In this document: positions 8,151-17,961 of the stretch, piece after piece
How positions within the stretch are numbered: position 1 is the first letter of the stretch
Layout: each line of letters begins with the position of its first letter
Assembly: GCA_948437735.1 (NCBI GenBank)
Contig: CAOJKD010000019.1
Coordinates: forward strand, 1 to 58,449
DNA length: 58,449 nucleotides
Direction: 5' to 3'
Origin: an uncultured Lachnospiraceae bacterium
GTDB taxonomy: Bacteria > Bacillota > Clostridia > Lachnospirales > Lachnospiraceae
Notes under the pieces: model-generated
Databases searched by the model: none
What the model was told of the DNA's origin: nothing
The model's input: only the letters and a program-made list of their open reading frames with translations
Program-made: the position numbers and the translations under genes

Positions 8151-8767
8151 TTTATATTAAGGCAGAACAGGCGACGATTGTAAAAAATAAAAAAGTGTTT
8201 TTGGAAGATGTTGTCACAATGACTGGACCTGACAAGAAAGTACTTCATGAACTTGGCGGTGAGGTACTTTTTGTAGTGCCGGATGAACAGAAACAAAAAT
8301 ATATTTTTTCAATTATGAAAGTAATTGAATTTATACAAAAGAAACATCCTGATTATCTTATTGTAAACGAGGGTGAAATTGATTTTATCGTGGAATATCA
8401 GCCGCCGCAAAAAAAAGAAAAATGGAAAGATGTTTTAAAAATTATATTTGTCTGTTTGGCGGTAACGATCGGGTCAGCGTTTACGATTATGACTTTTAAC
8501 CAGGATGCAAGCGTCTCAGAAATTTTCGCAAGATTGGAGAAAATCATTGCGGGGAGCGAGACAGAAGGACCTGGACTGCTGGAATTAGGGTATTGTATTG
8601 GACTTCCAACCGGAATTATTGTCTTTTTCAATCATTTTTCTCATTTGAAAATGAGTTCTGACCCAACTCCTCTGCAAGTACAGCTTCGAATATATGAAAA
8701 GGATTCCAACGAGGCAATCTTAAAATCTGCTTCAAGGGAGGGCAAAACAATCGATGTTTCCGGTTAA
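8132..8767 (+). CDS. spoVAA: Stage V sporulation protein AA
   Basis: The length and the C-terminal half (LELGYCIGLPTGIIVFFNHFSHLKMSSDPTPLQVQL) closely resemble B. subtilis SpoVAA ([34 protein letters not shown]). Confidence 0.7.
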   Translation: MAAERVIYIKAEQATIVKNKKVFLEDVVTMTGPDKKVLHELGGEVLFVVPDEQKQKYIFSIMKVIEFIQKKHPDYLIVNEGEIDFIVEYQPPQKKEKWKDVLKIIFVCLAVTIGSAFTIMTFNQDASVSEIFARLEKIIAGSETEGPGLLELGYCIGLPTGIIVFFNHFSHLKMSSDPTPLQVQLRIYEKDSNEAILKSASREGKTIDVSG

Positions 8768-9185
8768 ATGGATGGCGGATGCAGCCCTTTTCATTATTGG
8801 GATTTGCAGCGGGCTGCTGATCGCAGGAGGAATGTTTGCGTTTGTTACAATGATCGGCGTTGTAAGCCGTATGGCAGCGGTATCAAAGACGATGGCGCAT
8901 GCGATGCTTTACGAGGATTGTGTTGTTGTCGGAGCAGCCATTGGAAATATTTTTATTCATTATAGACCTGTGATTGGTTTTGGGTGGATGAGCGAACCTG
9001 TCTTGGCGTTTTTTGGTTTTTTTGCAGGAATCTATATAGGATGTCTGGCGATCGCTCTTGCGGAGCTTTTGAATGTGGTTCCTATTTTTTCAAAAAGAAT
9101 TAAGCTGCATCGCGGATTGGCTGCATTTGTGATTGCATTTTCTGTTGGAAAGTTTATAGGCGCATTTGTGGACTTTTTCTTATAA
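8754..9185 (+). CDS. spoVAB: Stage V sporulation protein AB
   Basis: It is 143 aa and hydrophobic. LAELLNVVPIFSKRIKLHRGL resembles SpoVAB LTEVLNVLPILAKRIGLRSK. The start overlaps the spoVAA stop; the alternative start is 8772. Confidence 0.65.
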   Translation: MFPVKWMADAALFIIGICSGLLIAGGMFAFVTMIGVVSRMAAVSKTMAHAMLYEDCVVVGAAIGNIFIHYRPVIGFGWMSEPVLAFFGFFAGIYIGCLAIALAELLNVVPIFSKRIKLHRGLAAFVIAFSVGKFIGAFVDFFL

Positions 9186-9426
9186 GATATCTTGATCTCA
9201 AAAAGATGATAGAACAAGAAGCAGGTATGTAATATTTTCGAAAATTGAGTGATGACAAGCCTGAATTAAATTATCTGAGCTAAAAATAATCTATGTAAAA
9301 TGAATAGAAAAGTTTAAATTTTAGTGAGGAAAGATGCAAAAAGAAATCTCAAAAAAGCCAGGATTTATGTGGCTTTCCGAGTTTTATAATTGCCTGTTAT
9401 CGAAAATAAAAGGAGGGAGTCTCTTT

Positions 9427-9969
9427 ATGAATCCAGATGAAAAAGCGAAAGAAATACAACAGAATATGAAACCGCAAGATAAAAAACTCGTTCAGGAAGT
9501 AGTTCAGGAAAAAGACCCGAAACAGCGGGAAAAACTGTACAATCAGTATGTAAAAAAAGCAACGCCAAAGCGCAGCTACATCGGCAATGTATGTAAGGCA
9601 TACTTGGTCGGCGGTCTGATCTGCGTGCTTGGGCAGGGATTTTTAGATTTGTATCAGTCGCTTGGATGTGAAAAAGAAACCGCCGCAGCCTATACAACCC
9701 TAAGTTTAATTTTTCTGTCTGTGCTGACAACAGGATTAAACTGGTACCAGCGTCTTGCAAGTTTTGCCGGTGCTGGCACAGTTGTGCCAATCACCGGCTT
9801 CGCCAACTCGGTTGCCTCACCTGCAATTGAATTTAAGCAGGAGGGATGGGTGTTTGGCGTGGGATGTAAAATATTTACCATTGCTGGTCCAGTAATTTTA
9901 TATGGTGTTGTGTGCAGCTGGCTGCTTGGACTGATCTACTGGGCAGGAAAAGGGCTTGGATGGTTTTAG
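9427..9969 (+). CDS. spoVAC: SpoVAC/SpoVAEB-family sporulation membrane protein with an N-terminal ~40-aa charged extension
   Basis: ATG 9427 follows AGGAGGGAG. The core AYLVGGLICVLGQGF ... GAGTVVPITGFANSV matches SpoVAC (FFIGGAICLFGQ ... GAGTAVPVTGFANSM). Confidence 0.65.
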   Translation: MNPDEKAKEIQQNMKPQDKKLVQEVVQEKDPKQREKLYNQYVKKATPKRSYIGNVCKAYLVGGLICVLGQGFLDLYQSLGCEKETAAAYTTLSLIFLSVLTTGLNWYQRLASFAGAGTVVPITGFANSVASPAIEFKQEGWVFGVGCKIFTIAGPVILYGVVCSWLLGLIYWAGKGLGWF

Positions 9970-9974
9970 CAGAA

Positions 9975-11000
9975 CTATCCAAGGTATGCTTTTAACAGAC
10001 GCAGCGTGTTTTCTACACCTTCCTTGTGCGAGCGCTCATAGCCATGGGAGGCGTACACGCCCGGACCAATCAAACCGTGCCTTGCGTCCGCGCCTGCGGC
10101 AAGAGCAGCGTCGGCGTCAGAGCCATAGTATGGATAAACGTCCGCGGCATAGTTGATCTCATTTTTCTTGGCAGCCTCGATCAATCCCTGTACAACCTGG
10201 TAGTGATATGGTCCGCGGCTGTCTTTTACGCAGATAGAAACCTGCTTTTCCGTGCATTCTAAACCTGCGCCGACGCAGCCCATATCAACAGAAAGCAATT
10301 CTTCCACGTCCGCGGGAACAGAAGCGCAGCCGCCATGACCAATTTCCTCATAGACAGTAATATGCTGATAAATTTTGCGGGAAGGGCAGGAACCCGTCTC
10401 TTTTAAGTATTTTGCATAACCGAGTAAAATAGCGGTGCTAAGTTTGTCATCGAGAAAGCGGCTTTTGATATAACCGGATTCAGTAATGCGAGTGCGCGGT
10501 TCAATACAGACAAAAGCACCGTTTTCAATTCCAAGCTTTTTGACCGCTTCCTTGGAATCTGCCGTATAATCTAAAAGCACTTCAATATCATCGAATGTGC
10601 GCTCTTTTTTCTGATAATCTCTATTGACATGAATGGAAGCATTCTGCAATTGAATTGTGCCTTCATAGCAGTGACCATCATGCGTGTATACACGGCAGTT
10701 TTCCGTTTCTATATTGTTGGCGTTCAGCCCGCCGATGGATGTGATGCGCAATCTGCCGTTTCCTTTTACTTCAGCCACCATCGCACCTAAAGTATCTACG
10801 TGCGCCATCACAAGAACCGCATTTCCCTGCCCGCCAAGATCGACAAGCACACCGCCTTTTTTTGTTTTTTCCGGGGTGTAGCCAAGGCTTTGGTACTCTT
10901 TCATCAGGTAATCTGTCACCTTTTCTGTAAAGCCAGAAGGACTGTCGATGGCAAGCAGATTTTTTAACTGTTCCATAATGTAATCCATATACTGCTGCAT
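9975..11000 (-). CDS. M42-family metallopeptidase (FrvX/YsdC-like aminopeptidase)
   Basis: It is 341 aa with MQQYMDYIMEQLKNLLAIDSPSGFTEKVTDYL and LVMAHVDTLGAMV, the typical N-terminus and metal-binding region of M42 peptidases. Confidence 0.75.
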   Translation of the reverse strand: MQQYMDYIMEQLKNLLAIDSPSGFTEKVTDYLMKEYQSLGYTPEKTKKGGVLVDLGGQGNAVLVMAHVDTLGAMVAEVKGNGRLRITSIGGLNANNIETENCRVYTHDGHCYEGTIQLQNASIHVNRDYQKKERTFDDIEVLLDYTADSKEAVKKLGIENGAFVCIEPRTRITESGYIKSRFLDDKLSTAILLGYAKYLKETGSCPSRKIYQHITVYEEIGHGGCASVPADVEELLSVDMGCVGAGLECTEKQVSICVKDSRGPYHYQVVQGLIEAAKKNEINYAADVYPYYGSDADAALAAGADARHGLIGPGVYASHGYERSHKEGVENTLRLLKAYLG

Positions 11001-11052
11001 AAAAACCTCCGTAAAATAAAATTTTTATATAAAAAATGGTTTGAACATAGTT

Positions 11053-12492
11053 TTACAACCGAATCTTCGTCCATTTTCCGCCCTTAAATCGAAAGAAACC
11101 TGCGACAAAGCGGAATCCCTGGTCAACCACAAGCGAAATCCATGCTCCGGCAAGTCCAAAGCCCGCCGGGTAGCAGAGAATATAAGTTAAAATTGGTCGG
11201 ATAACCGCAATGCTGATCATTGAGGTGGCAGCGACGAAAGCGGAATCACCCGCACCGCGCAGACAGCCGTTTAACACGACCTGAGATGTCTGAAAGTGGG
11301 TGGATAACGCCATAATCACCATAATGGATGCGCCGAGAACGATAATTTCTTCTTCTTTTGAAAACAGCCAGACAAGCTCTCGCCGCCCGGCGATAAATAG
11401 AATAAATAAAAATGTGGAACATATAAATGCAATCCGCTGCCCTACTTTTCCGTATAGAATCGATAAATCGGATCGCTGGCGGCCAAGGTTTTGACCGACA
11501 AGCGCGGAAGCGGCAATACTTAGTCCATCGCCAAAGCAGAACGAGAGATTTAAAATATTCATGCAGATTAAATGTGTTGCGTAAGGGGTTGGGCCAAGCC
11601 CTGCAACAATTTTCGCATAAGCAAAAAAGCCGATTCGCATAAATACTTGTTCAATCAGTGCGCTGCTGCTGACTTTAAAGACCGGGGAGAGCAAACTGCG
11701 TTCAAGCTTCCAGCTGGTGCGGCGCAGAAGGGATAAATAACCATTTTTGGAAAACAAGGTAGCAATTGAGATGATACAGGCAAAAAACGCACCGAGGGCT
11801 GTTGCGACCGCTGCACCCTTTACACCCCACTTTGGGAAAATCCAAACCCCGCGAATCAGAAAATAGTTAAAAATAACATTGACTACATTGGCGACAATAT
11901 TCGTGCGCATAGAAATTTTGGTATTGCCGCAGCCGCGCTGTGCCGCGTTGATGGTAAGATTCAGCGCGGTAAATACAATGCTGACGCACAGAATACGGAA
12001 ATAGATAACCGCGTCGTCCAAGTAGATTGGGTCTGCACCTGCAAAAGTAAGAATCGGTCTTGCAAATAAAAAACCGAGCGCGGAAGCAGTGAGAGAAAAT
12101 GCGGCGGAAAGCAGGATAGCAGCGCGCATAGTACGATTTGCGCCGTCCGCGTCGTTCTGCCCTTTGCGCCGCGCGACAACTGCCGTAACACCGACATTTA
12201 GGGAAAAAATAATGGCGAGCAGAATAAACTTTGGCTGATTTGTAATGCCGACCGCATTGATCGCGTTTTCGCCGAGCGTGCCGACCATCATCGTATCGAT
12301 AGAACCGATAAGACCGACCAGCAGCGATTCCAGCGCGGACGGCCATGCAACTTTAAAAAAAGTGCGGTAAGCGTCAGCGGTTGTCGGTACTGCACCAAGC
12401 AATTCTGTGTGTTTTAACATCTGGTTAATACCAAAAAAGTATGCCATGGCAGACCGGAAACGCGATTTGACAGAACATAAAATAAGACTCAT
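11053..12492 (-). CDS. MATE-family multidrug/oligosaccharidyl-lipid efflux transporter
   Basis: It has about 12 predicted TM helices and N-terminal MATE-like FFKVAWPSALESLLVGLIGSIDTMMVG. The start is uncertain. The ATG at 12492 has an SD (AAAGGAG) separated from it by a compact CCGGGCTTTCCCGG hairpin; in-frame alternatives are 12447 and 12420. Confidence 0.75.
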   Translation of the reverse strand: MSLILCSVKSRFRSAMAYFFGINQMLKHTELLGAVPTTADAYRTFFKVAWPSALESLLVGLIGSIDTMMVGTLGENAINAVGITNQPKFILLAIIFSLNVGVTAVVARRKGQNDADGANRTMRAAILLSAAFSLTASALGFLFARPILTFAGADPIYLDDAVIYFRILCVSIVFTALNLTINAAQRGCGNTKISMRTNIVANVVNVIFNYFLIRGVWIFPKWGVKGAAVATALGAFFACIISIATLFSKNGYLSLLRRTSWKLERSLLSPVFKVSSSALIEQVFMRIGFFAYAKIVAGLGPTPYATHLICMNILNLSFCFGDGLSIAASALVGQNLGRQRSDLSILYGKVGQRIAFICSTFLFILFIAGRRELVWLFSKEEEIIVLGASIMVIMALSTHFQTSQVVLNGCLRGAGDSAFVAATSMISIAVIRPILTYILCYPAGFGLAGAWISLVVDQGFRFVAGFFRFKGGKWTKIRL

Positions 12493-12541
12493 CTATGTAT
12501 CCGGGAAAGCCCGGCTCCTTTCGTTGTTTTTTGTCCAATAC

Positions 12542-12570
12542 ATTATATCTGACTTTAAAAGAAAAAGCAA
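12542..12570 (-). promoter_or_regulatory. Candidate sigma-A promoter for the MATE gene (minus strand)
   Basis: Read on the minus strand: -35 TTGCTT (12565-12570), 17-bp spacer, -10 TATAAT (12542-12547). Confidence 0.3.
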
Positions 12571-12781
12571 TAATTTCTATAATCCTGCACATACTAGCAC
12601 AAACGGTATGCTGCAATCCAGCATTGTATCTATAAAATTGTTTAATACACTGTCGCATACACATAAAAGCATCAGAAATTAAGGGAATTTTAATTACTGA
12701 TATTTTTAAACAAATTTGCAGGGAACGTTTTAATTCTGTTTGGCAGTTCTGCCGTATAAGCGTTCCAGAATGGAGATTGAG

Positions 12782-14269
12782 ATGAATGATGAGAAAGGAC
12801 AAGCGAAAGAACCGGAAATAAAGAGTCTTGACGAGCTGAAGGGAAAGATTTTATCAACCAGGCTTGCGGACAATATGGGAACTTTTGACCGGATTTTGCA
12901 GGTGGACAAAAATTTTGATTTGCTGAAACGTTTTTTCTATATTGGGGAAAAACAAGCGTGTTTTTACTTTATTGACGGCTTTCACAAAGATGATACATTA
13001 CAAAAATTATTACAGTATTTTGGCGGGTTAAAAGCGGAAGATACGCCGCAGACATTTGACGATCTGCTGCAAAAATATCTTCCTTACGGTGAATTGGAAC
13101 TTGTCAGAGATATGGAAAAACTGATCGGAGCAATACTTTCCGGGAAGCCGGCGCTGATTGTGGATGGCTTTGGCGTTGCGGTCACAATTGATTTCCGAAA
13201 TTATCCGGCGAGAAGCGTTACAGAACCAGATAAGGACAAAGCGATGCGCGGGTCGAAGGATGGATTTGTCGAGACGCTTGTATATAACACTGCATTGATT
13301 CGCCGGCGTATCCGCACGCCGCAGTTTACAATCGAGATGCTTTCGGTCGGAAAAAGTTCGCGTACAGATATTGCAGTTTGTTATATGGAAGACCGAGTGG
13401 ATAAAAAATTTCTCGCGACAGTCACACAGAAAATTAAAGATATTTCCATTGACGCGCTGACAATGAATCAGCAAAGCCTTGCGGAATGTTTGTTTTCGGC
13501 AAAGTGGATCGATCCGTTCCCAAAATTTAAGTACTCGGAAAGACCCGACACTGCGGCGGCTTGTATCCTTGAGGGAAGCGTTGTGCTGCTTGTTGACAAC
13601 TCGCCTTCCGCGATGATACTTCCAGCCAGTGTTTTTGATATTGTCGAGGAAGCCGACGACTATTATTTTCCGCCGATCACAGGCACATATCTTCGATTAT
13701 CGCGCTTGATTATCAATATTTTGGCGATTGTTTTAACTCCGATGTTTCTTCTTTTAACGGAGTATCCTGAGTATGTGCCAAAAGGATTTGAATTTATCGC
13801 GGTAAAAGAAACAATGAATATTCCGCTGATCTGGCAGTTTTTAATTTTGGAATTTACCATTGATGGTTTAAGGCTGGCATCCATCAATACGCCAAATATG
13901 TTAAGCACGCCGCTCAGTGTTATTTCGGGTCTTGTAATTGGCGAGTTCACAGTAAGTTCCGGCTGGTTTAATGCGGAAGCGATGATGTATATGGCGTTTG
14001 TCGCAATAGCCAATTACACACAGGTAAATTTTGAGCTTGGCTATGCGTTGAAGTTTATGCGGTTGATCACATTGCTTTTAACGGCATGGTTTGGCATATG
14101 GGGCTTTGCCGTAGGGCTTTTATTTGCGCTTTGCTGCCTTTGCTTCAACAAGACAATCGGGGGAAAAAGCTATATTTATCCGCTGGTTCCGTTTCATTTC
14201 CGCGAGCTGATGCGCAGAATATTTCGCGTGTCGCTTCCTGCCAGTGAAAAGAGAAAAGGACAGCAATAG
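12782..14269 (+). CDS. Spore germination receptor, GerA-family A subunit (GerKA/GerAA-like)
   Basis: ATG 12782 lies 6 nt after GGAG. The domain order fits GerA: a soluble N-terminal domain, then 5-6 TM helices (IINILAIVLTPMFLLL..., LITLLLTAWFGIWGFAVGLLF). No adjacent B/C subunit genes are present. Confidence 0.7.
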   Translation: MNDEKGQAKEPEIKSLDELKGKILSTRLADNMGTFDRILQVDKNFDLLKRFFYIGEKQACFYFIDGFHKDDTLQKLLQYFGGLKAEDTPQTFDDLLQKYLPYGELELVRDMEKLIGAILSGKPALIVDGFGVAVTIDFRNYPARSVTEPDKDKAMRGSKDGFVETLVYNTALIRRRIRTPQFTIEMLSVGKSSRTDIAVCYMEDRVDKKFLATVTQKIKDISIDALTMNQQSLAECLFSAKWIDPFPKFKYSERPDTAAACILEGSVVLLVDNSPSAMILPASVFDIVEEADDYYFPPITGTYLRLSRLIINILAIVLTPMFLLLTEYPEYVPKGFEFIAVKETMNIPLIWQFLILEFTIDGLRLASINTPNMLSTPLSVISGLVIGEFTVSSGWFNAEAMMYMAFVAIANYTQVNFELGYALKFMRLITLLLTAWFGIWGFAVGLLFALCCLCFNKTIGGKSYIYPLVPFHFRELMRRIFRVSLPASEKRKGQQ

Positions 14270-14365
14270 GATTTACAATTTTTGCTTTAAGACGTTTTGG
14301 AACCCATTTGCCTTTGTACGAATACGTTTTTTGTTGTAAAAAGTTAAATTTGTCAGTTTTTCTGC

Positions 14366-14394
14366 TTGACATTGAAAGAAAAGGTAAATACAAT
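14366..14394 (+). promoter_or_regulatory. Consensus sigma-A promoter for the LacI-family regulator gene
   Basis: TTGACA (14366-14371), 17 bp, TACAAT (14389-14394). Confidence 0.45.
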
Positions 14395-14449
14395 ATTCCT
14401 TATAGAGTTAAGACCGGTAAAAGTTTTGACAGGGATTAGGGTGTCTACA

Positions 14450-15511
14450 ATGGATTGCAACAAGGAAAATGAGGGCAGACCCATTACGATATATGATATA
14501 GCAAAGGAAGCGAATGTATCGGCTGCCACCGTTTCGCGCGTGTTGACAAACAGCACGAACGTCCGAACGGACAAGAGAGAAAGAATTCTTGAAATTATTG
14601 AAAAGTACAATTTTAGACCGAACGCAATGGCGCGGGGGCTGGTTGACACAAGGAGCAAGACAATCGGCATTATGGTGGCGGATATCCGAAATCCGTTTTA
14701 TTCTGAACTGTTTGTCGCGTGCGAGGCGGCGGCGCGCAGGAAGGGATACACCGTACTGCTGTGCAATTCTTACTGTGACAGGGAGCAGGAGAAGATTTTG
14801 CTGGAGATGCTGGAGGAAAAGCGGGTTGATGCGATTATCCAGATGGGCGGAAGAGTGGATGAGGTCTGCACAAACAAAGAGTATGCCGAGCATGTAAACC
14901 GGACGACAAAGAATATTCCGATGATGATAACCGGAAAGTTAGATGGCACAGGATGTTACCGTGTTCAGATTGACGCTGGACAGTCTATGGAGATTGTGAT
15001 AGAATATTTAGCTGGGCTTGGTCATCGCAAGATTGCATTTCTCGGCGGTGTGGACAGTGATATTGCCACAGTGGAAAGAGAGAGAGTTTATCGGCGTATG
15101 CTGAAAAAATATGGGCTGCCGTTTCCAAACGAGCTGTATCGCCAGGAAGGCAACTACGATTACGAAGCAGGTTACAAACAGATGGAGGCTTTGTTTGCCG
15201 CGGGGGAAGTGCCGACGGCGGTTGTGGCAATCAACGAGTACACTGCGCTTGGGGTGATGGCAAATATCCGCGGTCATGGTCTAAGTATTCCTGAAGATAT
15301 TTCGGTGATGGGTTATGATAATACGTTTATTTCTAGTCTGGTTACGCCGAAGCTGACAAGTATTGATTATGGCTATGACAAGTTTGGCGAGAGGATTGTG
15401 AGTTCCGCGGTCGCAGCGGTGGAGGGCGAGAAGGTTCAGCAGGTTCAGTATATAAAGACAAAACTTGTTGTGAGGGATACGACAGGACCGGTAAACAGTG
15501 AGCGAAAATAG
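14450..15511 (+). CDS. LacI-family transcriptional regulator
   Basis: The N-terminal HTH ITIYDIAKEANVSAATVSRVLTN is followed by a periplasmic-binding-protein-like sugar-binding domain. ATG 14450 follows AGGGTG. Confidence 0.8.
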   Translation: MDCNKENEGRPITIYDIAKEANVSAATVSRVLTNSTNVRTDKRERILEIIEKYNFRPNAMARGLVDTRSKTIGIMVADIRNPFYSELFVACEAAARRKGYTVLLCNSYCDREQEKILLEMLEEKRVDAIIQMGGRVDEVCTNKEYAEHVNRTTKNIPMMITGKLDGTGCYRVQIDAGQSMEIVIEYLAGLGHRKIAFLGGVDSDIATVERERVYRRMLKKYGLPFPNELYRQEGNYDYEAGYKQMEALFAAGEVPTAVVAINEYTALGVMANIRGHGLSIPEDISVMGYDNTFISSLVTPKLTSIDYGYDKFGERIVSSAVAAVEGEKVQQVQYIKTKLVVRDTTGPVNSERK

Positions 15512-15520
15512 ATATGTAAA

Positions 15521-15557
15521 AAGAGTGCGGCTGTAGGTTGCAGCCACACTCTTTTTA
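15521..15557 (+). terminator. Rho-independent terminator after the LacI gene
   Basis: GAGTGCGGCTG pairs with CAGCCACACTC (one mismatch) around a 7-nt loop, followed by TTTTTAT. Confidence 0.6.
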
Positions 15558-15799
15558 TGCACACGGGTACCTAAGTGAAATTTGTCAGCAGAAGCGGACG
15601 GGCGCCCGGCGCGAGTAGGGAGAAAAGGAATCTTCTCTACTCGATTACATAAACGTTAGAATATTTATGCATAAAGAAATATATCACGAAAGCGGTGTAT
15701 GAGTGATACAACAAGTGATTTGGTTTTGTGGATATTGCATAAAAAATTAAGAAAAAGTTCGATAATTGTGCTGAAAAATAACAAGATATTAAAAATAGA

Positions 15800-15829
15800 T
15801 TGACGAAATCATCGTGATAAGTGTAAAAT
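15800..15829 (+). promoter_or_regulatory. Promoter of the GH35 gene
   Basis: TTGACG (15800-15805), 18 bp, TAAAAT (15824-15829). Confidence 0.4.
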
Positions 15830-15838
15830 AAAAGAAAA

Positions 15839-15852
15839 TGAAATCGATTTCA
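15839..15852. promoter_or_regulatory. Perfect palindromic cre/LacI-family operator TGAAATCGATTTCA
   Basis: The 14-bp perfect palindrome matches the cre consensus TGWAANCGNTNWCA. It lies 10 bp downstream of the -10 hexamer, which is the roadblock position. Confidence 0.55.
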
Positions 15853-15937
15853 AAAAGTCGTTTTGACGGAATTATGACAAAGAGAAATCGGGTAATTATT
15901 GATTTTATAAAGAACCATAGAAAAGGGGGACTTGTAA

Positions 15938-17689
15938 TTGGGTAAGTTTGAAATTAAGGACAATTTTTATCTGAACAATCAGCCGTTTAAAATTATTTCT
16001 GGAGCATTTCATTACTTTCGAACTGTGCCGGAATATTGGAAAGATCGATTGGAAAAATTAAAGGCAATGGGCTGCAATACAGTAGAAACTTATATTCCAT
16101 GGAATATGCATGAACCGAAAAAAGGAGAGTTTAAGTTTGATGGAATACTGGATGTTGTGGCGTTTGTAAAAGAGGCGGAGGCACTTGGACTTTATGTGAT
16201 TTTGCGGCCATCTCCTTATATCTGTGCAGAGTGGGAATTTGGAGGACTTCCAGCTTGGCTTTTGGCGGAAGATGGCATGAAGCTGCGCACAAGTTATGCC
16301 CCGTTTTTAAAGCATGTAAAAGAATATTACAATATTTTGCTGCCAAAGCTTATCCCATTGCAGATCACGCATGGCGGACCTGTAATTTTGATGCAGGTGG
16401 AAAATGAATATGGATACTACGCAACAGATACAGCCTATATGCAAGAGATGAAAAAGCTTATGGTGGAAGGTGGAATTGATGTTCCGCTTGTGACTTCCGA
16501 CGGACCATATCCAGAGAGCATGAATGCAGGGAAACTTCCTGGCGTGCTGCCAACAGGAAATTTTGGTTCTAAGACAGAAGAAAGGTTCTCACTGCTTTCT
16601 CGCTACACGGATGGCGGTCCGTTGATGTGTACTGAATTTTGGGTCGGCTGGTTTGACCATTGGGGCAACGGCGGTCATATGCGGGGAAATCTGGAAGAGA
16701 GCGTTGCAGATCTTGACAAAATGCTGGAGCTTGGCAATGTCAATATCTATATGTTTGAGGGCGGAACAAACTTCGGATTTATGAACGGTTCAAATTACTA
16801 TAATGAACTGACGCCGGATGTAACTTCCTACGATTACGATGGGCTTTTGACAGAAGATGGGCAGATCACAGAAAAGTATAAGCGCTATCAGGAAGTAATA
16901 GCAAAACACGCGCCTGTGCCTAAGGTGGAACTGACGACAAAGATTGCCCGCAAAGCTTATGGAAAACTTGAGGTAGAAGAAAAGGTCAGCCTGTTTTCTG
17001 TGTTGGATGATATCAGCTGTCCGGTGGAAAGTCCGTACACACAGTCAATGGAGAAACTTGGGCAGGGTTACGGATATATTTTATATCGCTCACCGCTTGC
17101 GACAGAGGAGAGTATAGAGAGGATTAAGCTGTGGCGCGCAAATGACAGAGCAAGTCTTTTTGTCGACAAGCAGTTCATTGCCACGCTCTATGACAGGGAG
17201 CTTTTGGAGGAGAAAAAATTTGCAAAGCCGCTGCCGCTGAAAAAGGATTCTCAGATTGATATTCTTGTGGAAAATATGGGGCGTGTCAATTTTGGACCTT
17301 ATATGGAATTACAGCGCAAAGGGATCGATCATTGTGTTCAGATTAACGGGCATATTCACAATAACTGGCAGCAGTACACGCTTCCGCTTGACAATGTGAA
17401 CCATATTGATTTTTCGCGCGATTATCAAGAAAATACCCCTGCATTTTATCGGTTTTCTTTTACGGTGGATGAACCGGGCGATACATTCCTTGATTTTGAA
17501 GGATGGGGAAAAGGCTGTGCATTTTTGAACGGCTTTAATCTGGGGCGGTTCTGGGAAATTGGGCCTCAGAAGCGTCTGTACATTCCGGCGCCGCTGCTGA
17601 AAATGGGCAGAAATGAGATTATTTTATTTGAGACAGAGGGCAAGGTTTCTGAGACAATTACGCTTCGTGACGAGCCGGATGTCGGCTGA
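15938..17689 (+). CDS. Glycoside hydrolase family 35 beta-galactosidase
   Basis: It has a TTG start after AAAAGGGGGA. The N-terminus FKIISGAFHYFRTVPEYWKDRLEKLKAMGCNTVETYIPWNMHEP is the canonical GH35 catalytic-domain start. Confidence 0.8.
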   Translation: MGKFEIKDNFYLNNQPFKIISGAFHYFRTVPEYWKDRLEKLKAMGCNTVETYIPWNMHEPKKGEFKFDGILDVVAFVKEAEALGLYVILRPSPYICAEWEFGGLPAWLLAEDGMKLRTSYAPFLKHVKEYYNILLPKLIPLQITHGGPVILMQVENEYGYYATDTAYMQEMKKLMVEGGIDVPLVTSDGPYPESMNAGKLPGVLPTGNFGSKTEERFSLLSRYTDGGPLMCTEFWVGWFDHWGNGGHMRGNLEESVADLDKMLELGNVNIYMFEGGTNFGFMNGSNYYNELTPDVTSYDYDGLLTEDGQITEKYKRYQEVIAKHAPVPKVELTTKIARKAYGKLEVEEKVSLFSVLDDISCPVESPYTQSMEKLGQGYGYILYRSPLATEESIERIKLWRANDRASLFVDKQFIATLYDRELLEEKKFAKPLPLKKDSQIDILVENMGRVNFGPYMELQRKGIDHCVQINGHIHNNWQQYTLPLDNVNHIDFSRDYQENTPAFYRFSFTVDEPGDTFLDFEGWGKGCAFLNGFNLGRFWEIGPQKRLYIPAPLLKMGRNEIILFETEGKVSETITLRDEPDVG

Positions 17690-17901
17690 AATAAAAACGA
17701 GCGAATTTATATGCCGCTGATAAAATAAGAAATTTTTAATTTAAGCGCAACAAGTACTTGCAAGTAACTTTTTTTATTGCTTGTATGTATCAAAAGTTTT
17801 ATGCCCTGATGAAAAAATATTATTTTGTATAAATTATTAGCCACTTGCTTTATGCAATTTGCATAAAAATAGTGGCTATAATTATGCAGAAATAACAATT
17901 A

Positions 17902-17915
17902 TGTAATCGGTTACA
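17902..17915. promoter_or_regulatory. cre-like operator TGTAATCGGTTACA at the -35 edge of the ABC-operon promoter
   Basis: It matches TGWAANCGNTNWCA at all constrained positions and lies just upstream of TTGACA (17925-17930). Confidence 0.5.
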
Positions 17916-17924
17916 AAAATGAAG

Positions 17925-17954
17925 TTGACAAAAACTGTGCATAACGCTTATAAT
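17925..17954 (+). promoter_or_regulatory. Sigma-A promoter of the sugar ABC transporter operon
   Basis: TTGACA (17925-17930), 17-18 bp, TTATAAT (17948-17954). Confidence 0.45.
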
Positions 17955-17961
17955 ATAATTA

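Noticed and set aside
12407-12802. ORFs of 91 aa (+) and 125 aa (-) in the MATE/gerA intergenic region
   Set aside because: They overlap the MATE start and promoter region, have no SD, and their compositions are artefacts of AT-rich sequence.
17745-17776. Terminator after the GH35 gene
   Set aside because: The palindrome CAAGTACTTG followed by CAAGTAAC and a T7 run looks terminator-like, but I could not derive a clean stem of 6 bp or more from it, so I did not list it as a feature.
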